Shown here: positions 1-8,763 of the stretch, in pieces
How the letters are laid out: each line of letters begins with the position of its first letter
Numbering within the stretch: the stretch's first letter is position 1
Assembly (NCBI GenBank): GCA_018882975.1
Contig: VEQZ01000003.1
Span: 1 to 48,056, forward strand
Source of the DNA: Rhodocyclaceae bacterium
GTDB lineage: Bacteria; Pseudomonadota; Gammaproteobacteria; Burkholderiales; UBA3065
DNA length: 48,056 nucleotides
Direction: 5' to 3'
Translations under genes and position numbers: made by a program
Notes under the pieces: model-generated
Told to the model about the DNA's origin: nothing
Seen by the model: the letters and a program-made list of their open reading frames with translations, nothing else
The model's database searches: none

Positions 1-127
1 GGTAGACGATTTTTTCGGCGTAGTGTGGTTGAGCGTCGGTGGGGATGACGGTGTGGTCGGCGATGATGTAGTCGATGTAGTCGGCCCCCATGGTGCCGGG
101 GTAGCCCAGATAGTTGACCTGAATCGG
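1..127. repeat. Exact direct repeat, copy in GT41 module 3 (probably continues beyond the window edge)
   Basis: 1-127 is identical to 4363-4489. The offset of 4362 keeps the frame; first mismatch is C128 vs T4490. Confidence 0.95.
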
Positions 128-3100
128 CGCCGCACGCAGGGCCATGATGCCCGGCCGGCACCCGGTGGTGTAACCGCCGAGGTCGACGAGTATGTCGACG
201 CCGAGTTCGCGCACCCGCTCTGCAGCGGCCTCGTTGCTCAGCCCGCCGATGCGCTCGAAGCGGTCGAAGTCGCCCAGCATCTTGCGGCGGATCGGGCTGC
301 CATCGTCAAGGCCGATGTCAAAAGCGAACAACTCGAAGCGCTCACGGCAATGGGCGGCGAAGATCCCAACCATGAGCCGGGCTACCGCATGGTCATTGAA
401 GTCTGCCGAGAGGTAGCCAAGCCGTATGCGCGCTGACCGCTGGCGCGCGGAGAAATCCGGGTAAGCCCGCACGCCACCGGACTTGTGCCCCTCGAACGAC
501 ATCGCCACCTGCAGTTGCAGGTCCGGGTCGTCGCTCATGTTGAGCATGCGGAACGGCTGAATGCTGCGCTTGGCGGCGCGGATGCTGTTTTCGCAGCGCG
601 CCACCACCTGCGGCAGGTCGCCCCAGGTGCAGCCGCGCATGCGGGCGAAGATGCACTCGCCGAGCAGAAAGCCGCCTTCGGGGTTGAGTGCGAAGCCCCG
701 GTCGAAGCTCTCGGCGGCCTCACCGAGCCGTCCGGTCTCGAGCAGCAGATTGCCGCGCTCCCAATGGGCGGCTGCCGAGTCGGGCTTGATCTCCACGGCG
801 CGTTCGTAGCAGGCCAGCGCCTCTGCCGGCCGCTTGAGTTCGCGCAGCGTGTTGCCCTTGTTGACTTCGGTCTCGAGCAGGCCCGGGCGGATCGTCGATG
901 CACGTTCGTAGCTCGCGAGCGCCTCCTCGAGCCGCTTGAGCCGGCTCAGCGCGTTGCCACGATTGAGCCAAGCCTCGAAGTAGTCGGGTTTAATGGCGAC
1001 CGCTGCGTCGTAACTCGCGAGAGCTTCCTCCCACTGCTCCGCCGCGGCCTGCGCCATCCCGCGGTTGCACAGGGCCAGCGCGTCACCCGGCCGCAAGCCG
1101 AGCGCCTGGTCATAGCTGGCGATCGCCTCGCGTGCGCGGCCCAGTGCGCGCAGCGTGTTGCCCAGATTCAGATGAGCTTCCACGTAGTCCGGATTGAGGC
1201 GGGCGGCCTTGCCGTAGCTCTCCGCGGCTTCCGCTGGTTTTCCCGCCTTGGCCAAGGCGTTGCCGAGGTTGTAATGGGCGCCGGCATCGTCTGGGTTGAT
1301 TTCGAGGGCTCTGCGGATGCTGGCGATGCCGGCTTCGACCTGACCCGTCTGTTTGAGGGTAAGGCCGAGCAGGTGCAGGCCGTCGAAGTGCTCAGGCTCG
1401 AGCGCGAGAATCTCGCTGTAGATCCGCTGTGCAGCTTCGATGGCGCCGCCGCGATGCAGTCGCATGGCCTCGCGCAGGCGCGACTGGATCAGGGTCGCTT
1501 GCCCGGTGGCGGTCGCGGCTGGTGCCACGCCGCTGGTGCTGGCGGCGCTGGCTTTCGGCGGCGCAGTCGGGCGGGGGGGCTCGCTCGGCTCGTGGGGCAT
1601 GGTGCCACCGGGGCGCTTGGGCCCGGTCTGCGGCTCCGGCGGGGAGGCCTCGTCGACGCGGATGTTGGCCGGAGGTTTGCCTTCGAGGTGGGTGGCCAGC
1701 ATGCGCTCGAAGGCGGTCTCGAGGTTGCGGGTGTAGCGGGCAGTGTCGAACAGCGGTGCGGTGAGTCGGTTGCGCTCGAGCCTTTGGCGCAGTTGCGCCA
1801 GTTCTGCAGGGTTTCGGGCGAGGTGGATGGCGAGGGCTTGATACTCGTCCAGCGAGCGGGTGACGAGTTCCGGCAGACCGGCGGCGCGCAGCAGGCTCGC
1901 CGCCACCCGGCCCGGAAAGCTGTTGCCGAGCGCCGTCAATAGCGGCAGGCCGGCCCAGAGCGCATCGCTGGCGGTGGTATGGGCGTTGTACGGCAGAGTG
2001 TCGAGAAAGAGGTCCGCGAGCCGATGCCGCGCCAGATGTTCCTCGAGCTTCATGCGCGGCGCGAACACCACCCTGGCCGGATCCACGCCGCGGCGCGCGG
2101 CTTCGCGCTGCAGGTTGGGCGCCACGAAGCGGTTGTCGGCCAGCAACCAGAGCACGCTGCCTTCCACCTGCGCGAGGATGCGCATCCACACATCGAAGGT
2201 TTCCGGCGTGATCTTGTAATTGTTGTTGAAGCAGCAGAACACAAAACCGTCCGCGGGCAGGCCGCAGGTCTGCCGGTCGAACTGCTTTTCCGAAGGGCGC
2301 CGCGTCGTGTCGGTCGGTTGGTAACTGTCCGGCAGCCAGGCCACGGCTTCGTCATACCAGCGCGTGCTGGTCGGCGGGATCACTGTGTGATCGGCGATGA
2401 TGTAATCGATGCACGGCGTGCCGAGGGTTCCGGGGAAGCCGAGGAAGTTGACCTGCACCGGTGCCGGGCGCAAGGCGAAGACGCCGTGTCGCGGCTGCCC
2501 GAAGTAGCCATTGAGGTTGATCAGGATGTCGATGCCGGCGTCGCGGACGCGCTGCGCGATGGCGGCATCGCTGAGTTGCCGAATGTCGAGGATGCGACCG
2601 CCAAACGCTGCTTCGATGCGCTTTCGGCGCGGGCTGCCATCGTTGAAGCCATTGTCGAAGGCAAAGATCTCGAAGCGCGCGGCGTCGTGGCGCTCCCAGA
2701 CCTCGGTCAGCAGTATCGAGGTGGCCTGTTCGCGAAATTCGCCGCACAGATAGCCGATGCGGATACGGCCATGCTGGCGCGGCGGCAAGGGCGCGGCCGG
2801 CGTGCCCGCCTTGAACACGGTGTTTGCGTAGACCTGGGCGCAGCGCTGCAACAGTTCTTCTGAGTCGCCGATGCCCTGGTAGCCGAACGGTGTGGCCATC
2901 TGTTCGGACCGGGCAAAACCGGCGTCGATGCGCGCGCGCAACGCGTCGAGACCCGACCAGTCGCACATCAGCATCTTGGCGTGCAGCAGCCGACCAGCCA
3001 GGAACGGGTGCCCAGGGTCGAGTTCGGCGACCTTGTTGTAATGCACCACGGCCTCGACCAGGTCGCGCCCCATCTCGCAGATCGCACCGAGGTTGAAGTG

Positions 3101-5809
3101 TGCCTTCACTTCGCCCGGCGCAAACTCTATTGCGCGTTTGAAGGCCTCCCGCGCAGCGTCACGCTGCCCGGTCTCTTGAAACGCCCGGCCGCGGTTGAGG
3201 TGGGCCTCGGCGTAGCCCGGTTCGAGTTCGATCGCTTTCTCATACCACGGCAGCGCCTCCTGCCAGCGTCTCGCCTGGCTGAGGGCATTGCCGAGGTTGT
3301 AGTAGGCGGCGGCGTGCCGCGGATTGAGACCGATCGCCTTGCGGATCAGCGCTGCCGCTGCCTCCGGCGCGCCCTGCGCCATGCGGCAGACGCCGAGCAT
3401 GTGCAGGCAGTCGAACTGGTCGGGGACTTGCTGCAGCACCGTTTCGTAAAGCGCCCGGGCCTGCGCCAGATCGCCTGCGCGGTGCAGCGCAAAGGCGCGG
3501 CCGACCTGCTGAACGATTTCAGCCGGCAGCGCGTCCGCTGCGCTACTGGTGCTCGCGGTCGCGGCGGGGCCCGCCACCGTGGCTTGCGACTGGGCGGTCG
3601 GCTGGGAGGGCTTGCTCGCGTCGGTGGTGGCCGTGCCGCCGCTGGATTCGGGTGTGGGTGTGGTGGGTATTTCTGTTGGTGTGTCGAGGAGGATGTGCTC
3701 TGGGGCTTGGCCCTTGAGGTGGGTGTCGAGCATGCGCTGGAAGGCGGCTTCGAGGTTGCGGGTGAAGCGGGTGGTGTTGAAGAGGGGGGAGGTGATGCGG
3801 TTGCGGGCGAGTGTTTGGCGCAGTTGGGTGAGTTGCGTGGGGTGGGTGGCGAGTTGGATGGCGAGGGCCTGGTAGTCCTCGAGGGAGTGGGTGACGAGTT
3901 GTGGCAGGCCGACGGTTTGCAGGAGGCTGGCGGACATGCGGCCGGCGAAGCTTTTGCCGAGGCAGGTGAGGACGGGTGCGCCGCCCCAGAGGGCGTCGCT
4001 GGTGGTGGTGCCGCCGTTGAAGGGGAGGGTGTCGAGGACGAGGTCGATGAGGGCGTAGCGGGCGAGGTTGTCGGCGTAGGGCAGGCGTGGCGAGAAGACC
4101 AGGCGTTCGGGGTTGACGTGGTGCTGGCTGGCGAACTGGCGGAGGTTGCTGACTTGTGTGGGGTTGTCGTGGATGAGCCAGAGGACGCTGTGCGGGGTTT
4201 GCTGGAGGATGGACATCCAGACTTTGAAGACTTGGGGGGTGAATTTTTCTGGGCGGTTGAAGCAGCCGAAGACGACGTGGTGGTCTGGGAGGCCGAAGAA
4301 CTGTCGTGTTTTGGGTGTGGCGATTTTTTTGCTGGCGTCGTTGGCCTGGAAGCAGTCGGGGAGGTAGACGATTTTTTCGGCGTAGTGTGGTTGAGCGTCG
4401 GTGGGGATGACGGTGTGGTCGGCGATGATGTAGTCGATGTAGTCGGCCCCCATGGTGCCGGGGTAGCCCAGATAGTTGACCTGAATCGGTGCCGCCCGCA
4501 GGGCGAAGATGCCGGTGCGGCAGTTCTGCGTGAAGCCGTTGAGGTCGATCGCGATGTCGATGCCGAGTTGCCTGCAGAACCGGGCCACCTCGAGATCGCT
4601 CTTGCGCGACACATCGGCAAAGTGGTCGAACGCTGCGGCGATGCGTCTCTGCGTCGCGTCGCTGCCCGCGGTCAACGCAAAGCCGTAGACCTCGAAGCGC
4701 TCACGGTCATGCGCTTCCAGCGCCCCGGCGATCAGGAACGACACCGCGTGCTCGCGGAAGTCCGCCGAAAAGTAGGCGATCTTGATACGCGTGCCCGGTG
4801 CACGCGCGCCTGCTGCCGCAGGCAAGGGCGCGGCCGGCGCCCGCCCGCGCAGGTGGCGCTCGGCTGCCTGCCGTTGCAGTGCCGGGTCGTCCACCAGCGC
4901 CAGCAGGGCAAACGGCCGTGGCGCTGCGCCCCCGGTCTGCAAGGCGGCGAGCACCTTGGCGAGTTCGGCATCGAACCCGTCCCAGTCGCACGCCTGCCGC
5001 CTGGCGTAAGGAATCATCAGCCCGACCGCGGACACCTCGGCACCGCAGCGCAGCGCCGACCGATACCGCGCCAAGGCCTCTGCCGGGCGCTTGAGCAGCA
5101 TCAGGGCCTCGCCGGCGTTGGCCAGCACTTCGGCATCGTCCGGCTTGAGCGCCAGGCTCCGCTCGAAACTTTCGACGGCTTCGGCATGGCGCCCTAGGGT
5201 GGCGAGAACCACGCCCCGGTTGACATGCGCTTCGGCCAGCGACGGCCGCGCCCGGATCGCACCCTCGAATGCCGCCAGCGCCTCATCCAGCCGCCGGAAT
5301 CCGCGCAGGGTGTTGCCGCGATTGTGAAAAGCCTCGGCAAAGCCGGGGTCAAGCTGTGTCGCCTTCTCGAAGCAGTCGAGCGCGCGTTGCGGGTCGCCCG
5401 CCTCCTGCAGGGCGAGGCCAAGGCTGTTGTGCACACTGGCGGAGCTTGGGTCGATGTCGGCGGCCCGGGTCAGCAACTCGACGGCGCGTTGCGGCCGGCC
5501 GAGCCGGCGCTGCGCGGCGCCGGCCAGGTGCAGGCAGTCGAAATGGCGCGGATCGGCAGCCAGCACCCGCTCGCACGCCGCCAGCGCCTTGGCGAAGTCG
5601 CCGTTACGAAAACCTTGGACGGCCAAGGCGGCGATGTCCGCTGCCCCTGTGCCCGCCTGTTCCGCTGGCTGCACGCCCTTGGCTGCCGCTGCTGCCGGCA
5701 GCGCCACTGTCGTCTTGGCCGGGCTCGTCTTTGACGGGTTCGACACGGTGGCCGCTGCCGCCGCTGGCTTGGGCTTGCGGGCGGAGGGCTTGGGGTTTCT
5801 CTTGGCCAT
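1..5809 (-). CDS. Giant multi-module TPR / GT41 (O-GlcNAc transferase/SPINDLY-like) glycosyltransferase, 3' end truncated by window edge (>=1936 aa)
   Basis: ATG at 5809 (MAKRNPKPSARK...). Hand translation found no stop down to position 2, and the ORF track lists no minus-strand ORF in this frame, as expected for an ORF without a stop. Three TPR arrays (about 6, 5 and 8 repeats), each followed by GT41 motifs: RIKIAYFSADFREHAV / RIRIGYLCGEFREQAT / RIRLGYLSADFNDHAV; QVN(Y/F)LG(Y/F)PGT; FN..xK; LDTLP(F/Y)N..TT.SDALW. Confidence 0.9.
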   Translation of the reverse strand, partial: MAKRNPKPSARKPKPAAAAATVSNPSKTSPAKTTVALPAAAAAKGVQPAEQAGTGAADIAALAVQGFRNGDFAKALAACERVLAADPRHFDCLHLAGAAQRRLGRPQRAVELLTRAADIDPSSASVHNSLGLALQEAGDPQRALDCFEKATQLDPGFAEAFHNRGNTLRGFRRLDEALAAFEGAIRARPSLAEAHVNRGVVLATLGRHAEAVESFERSLALKPDDAEVLANAGEALMLLKRPAEALARYRSALRCGAEVSAVGLMIPYARRQACDWDGFDAELAKVLAALQTGGAAPRPFALLALVDDPALQRQAAERHLRGRAPAAPLPAAAGARAPGTRIKIAYFSADFREHAVSFLIAGALEAHDRERFEVYGFALTAGSDATQRRIAAAFDHFADVSRKSDLEVARFCRQLGIDIAIDLNGFTQNCRTGIFALRAAPIQVNYLGYPGTMGADYIDYIIADHTVIPTDAQPHYAEKIVYLPDCFQANDASKKIATPKTRQFFGLPDHHVVFGCFNRPEKFTPQVFKVWMSILQQTPHSVLWLIHDNPTQVSNLRQFASQHHVNPERLVFSPRLPYADNLARYALIDLVLDTLPFNGGTTTSDALWGGAPVLTCLGKSFAGRMSASLLQTVGLPQLVTHSLEDYQALAIQLATHPTQLTQLRQTLARNRITSPLFNTTRFTRNLEAAFQRMLDTHLKGQAPEHILLDTPTEIPTTPTPESSGGTATTDASKPSQPTAQSQATVAGPAATASTSSAADALPAEIVQQVGRAFALHRAGDLAQARALYETVLQQVPDQFDCLHMLGVCRMAQGAPEAAAALIRKAIGLNPRHAAAYYNLGNALSQARRWQEALPWYEKAIELEPGYAEAHLNRGRAFQETGQRDAAREAFKRAIEFAPGEVKAHFNLGAICEMGRDLVEAVVHYNKVAELDPGHPFLAGRLLHAKMLMCDWSGLDALRARIDAGFARSEQMATPFGYQGIGDSEELLQRCAQVYANTVFKAGTPAAPLPPRQHGRIRIGYLCGEFREQATSILLTEVWERHDAARFEIFAFDNGFNDGSPRRKRIEAAFGGRILDIRQLSDAAIAQRVRDAGIDILINLNGYFGQPRHGVFALRPAPVQVNFLGFPGTLGTPCIDYIIADHTVIPPTSTRWYDEAVAWLPDSYQPTDTTRRPSEKQFDRQTCGLPADGFVFCCFNNNYKITPETFDVWMRILAQVEGSVLWLLADNRFVAPNLQREAARRGVDPARVVFAPRMKLEEHLARHRLADLFLDTLPYNAHTTASDALWAGLPLLTALGNSFPGRVAASLLRAAGLPELVTRSLDEYQALAIHLARNPAELAQLRQRLERNRLTAPLFDTARYTRNLETAFERMLATHLEGKPPANIRVDEASPPEPQTGPKRPGGTMPHEPSEPPRPTAPPKASAASTSGVAPAATATGQATLIQSRLREAMRLHRGGAIEAAQRIYSEILALEPEHFDGLHLLGLTLKQTGQVEAGIASIRRALEINPDDAGAHYNLGNALAKAGKPAEAAESYGKAARLNPDYVEAHLNLGNTLRALGRAREAIASYDQALGLRPGDALALCNRGMAQAAAEQWEEALASYDAAVAIKPDYFEAWLNRGNALSRLKRLEEALASYERASTIRPGLLETEVNKGNTLRELKRPAEALACYERAVEIKPDSAAAHWERGNLLLETGRLGEAAESFDRGFALNPEGGFLLGECIFARMRGCTWGDLPQVVARCENSIRAAKRSIQPFRMLNMSDDPDLQLQVAMSFEGHKSGGVRAYPDFSARQRSARIRLGYLSADFNDHAVARLMVGIFAAHCRERFELFAFDIGLDDGSPIRRKMLGDFDRFERIGGLSNEAAAERVRELGVDILVDLGGYTTGCRPGIMALRAAPIQVNYLGYPGTMGADYIDYIIADHTVIPTDAQPHYAEKIVY
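3640..4489. repeat. Strongly G/T-skewed, duplicated tract (GRINS-like) encoding the C-terminal half of GT41 module 1
   Basis: Hand count of 3781-3840: G33 C6 T14 A7, versus G23 C16 T13 A8 in the homologous module-2 segment 1741-1800. Its right end (4363-4489) is repeated exactly at 1-127. Left boundary approximate. Confidence 0.75.
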
Positions 5810-5916
5810 GCGGGGTCTGCGGTCTGGGCTTCTGCGTGTCTGCGGGCAATGGATGGCCGACCCCGATACCGGGGCAGACCCCCGAACCGCCGGGTCGGCC
5901 CGCGATCAAGAGGCGA

Positions 5917-5925
5917 ATTGTGCCA
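5917..5925 (-). promoter_or_regulatory. Possible extended -10 promoter for the giant GT41 gene
   Basis: Minus strand reads TG-G-CACAAT about 110 nt upstream of the ATG; no good -35. Confidence 0.3.
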
Positions 5926-6059
5926 CCCGCGACGCCATTGCGAGCCCCTTCTGCCGCGCGCCTCCCGCCCCGGCCGTTCCCTAGGCGCGGGCGCCTCCCG
6001 GAGCGCAGTCGCAGGCACGCCGACGGGCGTGCCGCTAGAAACCGGCAAAGCCACTGCCA

Positions 6060-6097
6060 TTGACACTGCGTCGCGCGGCAAGTCATAATCGGCGGTT
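6060..6097 (+). promoter_or_regulatory. sigma70 promoter of the tRNA-tuf operon with GC-rich discriminator
   Basis: TTGACA (6060-6065), 18 bp spacer, CATAAT (6084-6089), then CGGCGG; directly upstream of tRNA-Tyr. Confidence 0.8.
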
Positions 6098-6103
6098 TGC
6101 ACA

Positions 6104-6188
<85 letters not shown>

Positions 6189-6224
6189 GTTTTCGCAGTT
6201 TCGGTTGTTCGCAAAGCGGGCCAG

Positions 6225-6298
6225 GCGGGAGTAGTTCAATGGCAGAACCTCAGCCTTCCAAGCTGATGACGCGGGTTCGATTCCCGTCTCCCGCTCCA
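6225..6298 (+). tRNA. tRNA-Gly(TCC)
   Basis: GCGGGAG...CTCCCGC-T-CCA, anticodon loop CTTCCAA, GGTTCGATTCC; 74 nt. Confidence 0.97.
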
Positions 6299-6343
6299 AG
6301 AACCTCCCAAATGAAGTCCAGCAACGTGTAGTGACGGCTCACC

Positions 6344-6418
<75 letters not shown>

Positions 6419-6438
6419 CCAATTGACGAGAGGCAGCG

Positions 6439-7629
6439 ATGGCAAAGGAAAAGTTCGAGCGGACCAAGCCGCACGTGAATGTGGGGACGATTGGTCACGT
6501 GGACCATGGCAAGACGACATTGACGGCGGCGATCACGACGATCCTGTCGAAGAAGCATGGTGGTGAGGCCAAGGGTTACGCGGACATTGATTCGGCGCCG
6601 GAGGAGAAGGCGCGCGGGATCACGATCAACACGGCGCACGTGGAGTACGAGACGGAGTCGCGTCACTACGCGCACGTGGACTGCCCGGGTCACGCCGACT
6701 ACGTGAAGAACATGATTACTGGCGCGGCGCAGATGGACGGCGCGATTCTGGTGGTGTCGGCGGCTGACGGTCCGATGCCGCAGACGCGCGAGCACATTCT
6801 GCTGGCGCGTCAGGTGGGTGTGCCTTACATCATCGTGTTCATGAACAAGGCGGACATGGTGGATGACGCCGAGCTGCTTGAGCTGGTCGAGATGGAAGTG
6901 CGCGAGCTGCTGTCCAAGTACGATTTCCCGGGTGATGACATCCCCATTGTCATTGGTTCGGCGCTGAAGGCGTTGGAAGGTGACCAGTCGGACATCGGCG
7001 AAGGCGCGATCATGAAGCTGGCGGCGGCGCTGGACAGCTACATTCCGACGCCGGAGCGTGCCATTGACAAGCCGTTCCTGCTGCCGATCGAAGACGTGTT
7101 CTCGATCTCGGGTCGTGGCACGGTGGTGACGGGTCGTGTTGAGCGCGGCATCGTCAAGGTCGGTGAGGAAATCGAGATCGTTGGTATCAAGCCGACGGTG
7201 AAGACCACCTGCACCGGTGTTGAGATGTTCCGCAAGCTGCTTGACCAGGGTCAGGCGGGTGACAACGTTGGTGTGCTGCTGCGTGGCACCAAGCGTGAGG
7301 ACGTGGAGCGTGGTCAGGTGCTGGCCAAGCCGGGCAGCATCACGCCGCACACCAAGTTCACGGCGGAGATCTATGTGTTGAGCAAGGACGAGGGTGGTCG
7401 TCACACGCCGTTCTTCAATGGCTACCGTCCGCAGTTCTATTTCCGCACCACGGATGTGACGGGTGCGATCGAATTGCCGGAAGGCACCGAGATGGTGATG
7501 CCGGGCGACAACGTGTCGATCACGGCGGCGCTGATTGCGCCGATCGCGATGGAAGAGGGCTTGCGTTTCGCCATTCGCGAAGGCGGCCGCACCGTCGGCG
7601 CCGGCGTCGTGGCAAAGATCATCGAGTAA
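6439..7629 (+). CDS. tuf: Elongation factor Tu (tRNA-linked copy)
   Basis: [39 protein letters not shown]; 396 aa. Confidence 0.99.
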   Translation: MAKEKFERTKPHVNVGTIGHVDHGKTTLTAAITTILSKKHGGEAKGYADIDSAPEEKARGITINTAHVEYETESRHYAHVDCPGHADYVKNMITGAAQMDGAILVVSAADGPMPQTREHILLARQVGVPYIIVFMNKADMVDDAELLELVEMEVRELLSKYDFPGDDIPIVIGSALKALEGDQSDIGEGAIMKLAAALDSYIPTPERAIDKPFLLPIEDVFSISGRGTVVTGRVERGIVKVGEEIEIVGIKPTVKTTCTGVEMFRKLLDQGQAGDNVGVLLRGTKREDVERGQVLAKPGSITPHTKFTAEIYVLSKDEGGRHTPFFNGYRPQFYFRTTDVTGAIELPEGTEMVMPGDNVSITAALIAPIAMEEGLRFAIREGGRTVGAGVVAKIIE

Positions 7630-7682
7630 GCCCGTTTTCGATCAAAAGGTTTCCCGGCCTTCGGGCCGGGAGTTGTAGCAGC

Positions 7683-7758
7683 AGGCCAGTAGCTCAATTG
7701 GCAGAGCGTCGGTCTCCAAAACCGAAGGTTGGGGGTTCGAGACCCTCCTGGCCTGCCA
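7683..7758 (+). tRNA. tRNA-Trp(CCA)
   Basis: AGGCCAG...CTGGCCT-G-CCA, anticodon loop CTCCAAA; usual position between tuf and secE; 76 nt. Confidence 0.96.
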
Positions 7759-7796
7759 CCCGTTGACAAGGCCCGGCGCTCGCGTCGGGTAGGTGG

Positions 7797-8147
7797 ATGG
7801 CAGACAGACTGAAGTTGCTGGTCGCCGGGCTTTGCCTGCTCGCAGGCATCGTGGCGTTTCACGTGCTGGAGGGCGAGGCCGCTACGGTGGTGCGGGTCCT
7901 CGTCGTGCTCGTGGGCCTCGTTGCGGGCGCGGCCGTCGCGCTCAACTCGACCCAAGGGCGCGAATTCTTGGCCTTCGCTCGCGAGTCGCGCGACGAGACG
8001 CGCAAGGTGGCATGGCCGTCGCGGCGCGAAGCGACGCAGATGACGCTGGTCGTGTTCGGTCTGGTGCTAGTGATGGCATTGTTCCTGTGGCTGATCGATG
8101 CGCTGTTGTTCGAGGCGGTCGAAGCCCTGATCCGGGGAGCGGTATGA
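7797..8147 (+). CDS. secE: Preprotein translocase subunit SecE
   Basis: Three hydrophobic segments, [12 protein letters not shown] motif, synteny. Confidence 0.95.
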   Translation: MADRLKLLVAGLCLLAGIVAFHVLEGEAATVVRVLVVLVGLVAGAAVALNSTQGREFLAFARESRDETRKVAWPSRREATQMTLVVFGLVLVMALFLWLIDALLFEAVEALIRGAV

Positions 8148-8677
8148 GCAAGCGCTGGTATGTCGTTCACGCCCATTCCGGCCTCGAGAAGTCGGTGCAG
8201 CGGGCGCTCGTCCAGCGCATCGAGCAGGCGGGCATGACCGACAGCTTCGGCCAGATCCTGGTGCCGGTCGAGGAAGTGGTCGAGATGAAGAACGGCCAGA
8301 AGACCCTCTCCGAGCGGAAATTCTTTCCGGGTTATGTGCTGGTCGAGATGGAGATGAATGACCAGACTTGGCACCTCGTCAAAAGCACGCCCAAGGTCAC
8401 CGGCTTTGTCGGCGGCCGCGCCCACGCCCCGACACCGATCAGCGAGCGCGAGGTCAACAACATCCTGCAGCAGATGCAGGAGGGGGTGGAGAAGCCGCGG
8501 CCCAAGGTGTTGTTCGAGATCGGCGAGGTGGTGCGCGTCAAGGAAGGCCCGTTCACCGATTTCGAGGGTGCGGTCGAGGACGTCAATTACGAGAAGAGCA
8601 AGGTGCGCGTCTCGGTGTCGATCTTCGGCCGGTCTACGCCGGTCGAACTGGATTTCGGTCAGGTCGAGAAGAGTTGA
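8144..8677 (+). CDS. nusG: Transcription factor NusG
   Basis: Start at ATG 8144 (ATGA overlap with secE): [10 protein letters not shown]...[11 protein letters not shown]...GPF..F.G KOW...[10 protein letters not shown]. Confidence 0.98.
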   Translation: MSKRWYVVHAHSGLEKSVQRALVQRIEQAGMTDSFGQILVPVEEVVEMKNGQKTLSERKFFPGYVLVEMEMNDQTWHLVKSTPKVTGFVGGRAHAPTPISEREVNNILQQMQEGVEKPRPKVLFEIGEVVRVKEGPFTDFEGAVEDVNYEKSKVRVSVSIFGRSTPVELDFGQVEKS

Positions 8678-8713
8678 CCGCTTTTGGTGGACGGGCCCGT
8701 GCCCGTCCGTTCT

Positions 8714-8747
8714 GGGGAGAGCCGGCCTGACCGGTTCGCTTGCACCC
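8714..8747 (+). promoter_or_regulatory. Putative L1-binding autoregulatory site in the rplK leader
   Basis: GGGGAG-hairpin-CGCT..ACCC arrangement just upstream of the rplK SD (AGGAG), resembling the E. coli rplK leader. Confidence 0.55.
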
Positions 8748-8763
8748 GCACAAGGAGTAGAAG

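Noticed and set aside
1-127. Repeat 1-127 / 4363-4489 as a DGR template/variable pair, CRISPR or att site
   Set aside because: Copies are identical (no adenine-specific mismatches), in frame within paralogous domains, and no reverse transcriptase, cas or integrase gene is in the window.
3346-4620. 424-aa Ser/Thr/Pro-rich, mucin-like minus-strand ORF
   Set aside because: Alternative frame over the skewed tract; the C/A-rich coding strand depletes stop codons and produces S/T/P. The GT41 frame carries the conserved motifs.
485-5734. Long + strand ORFs (485-1942, 1979-2863, 2981-5197, 5225-5734)
   Set aside because: All lie in the antisense register of the GT41 gene and show no recognisable motifs; typical high-GC shadow ORFs.
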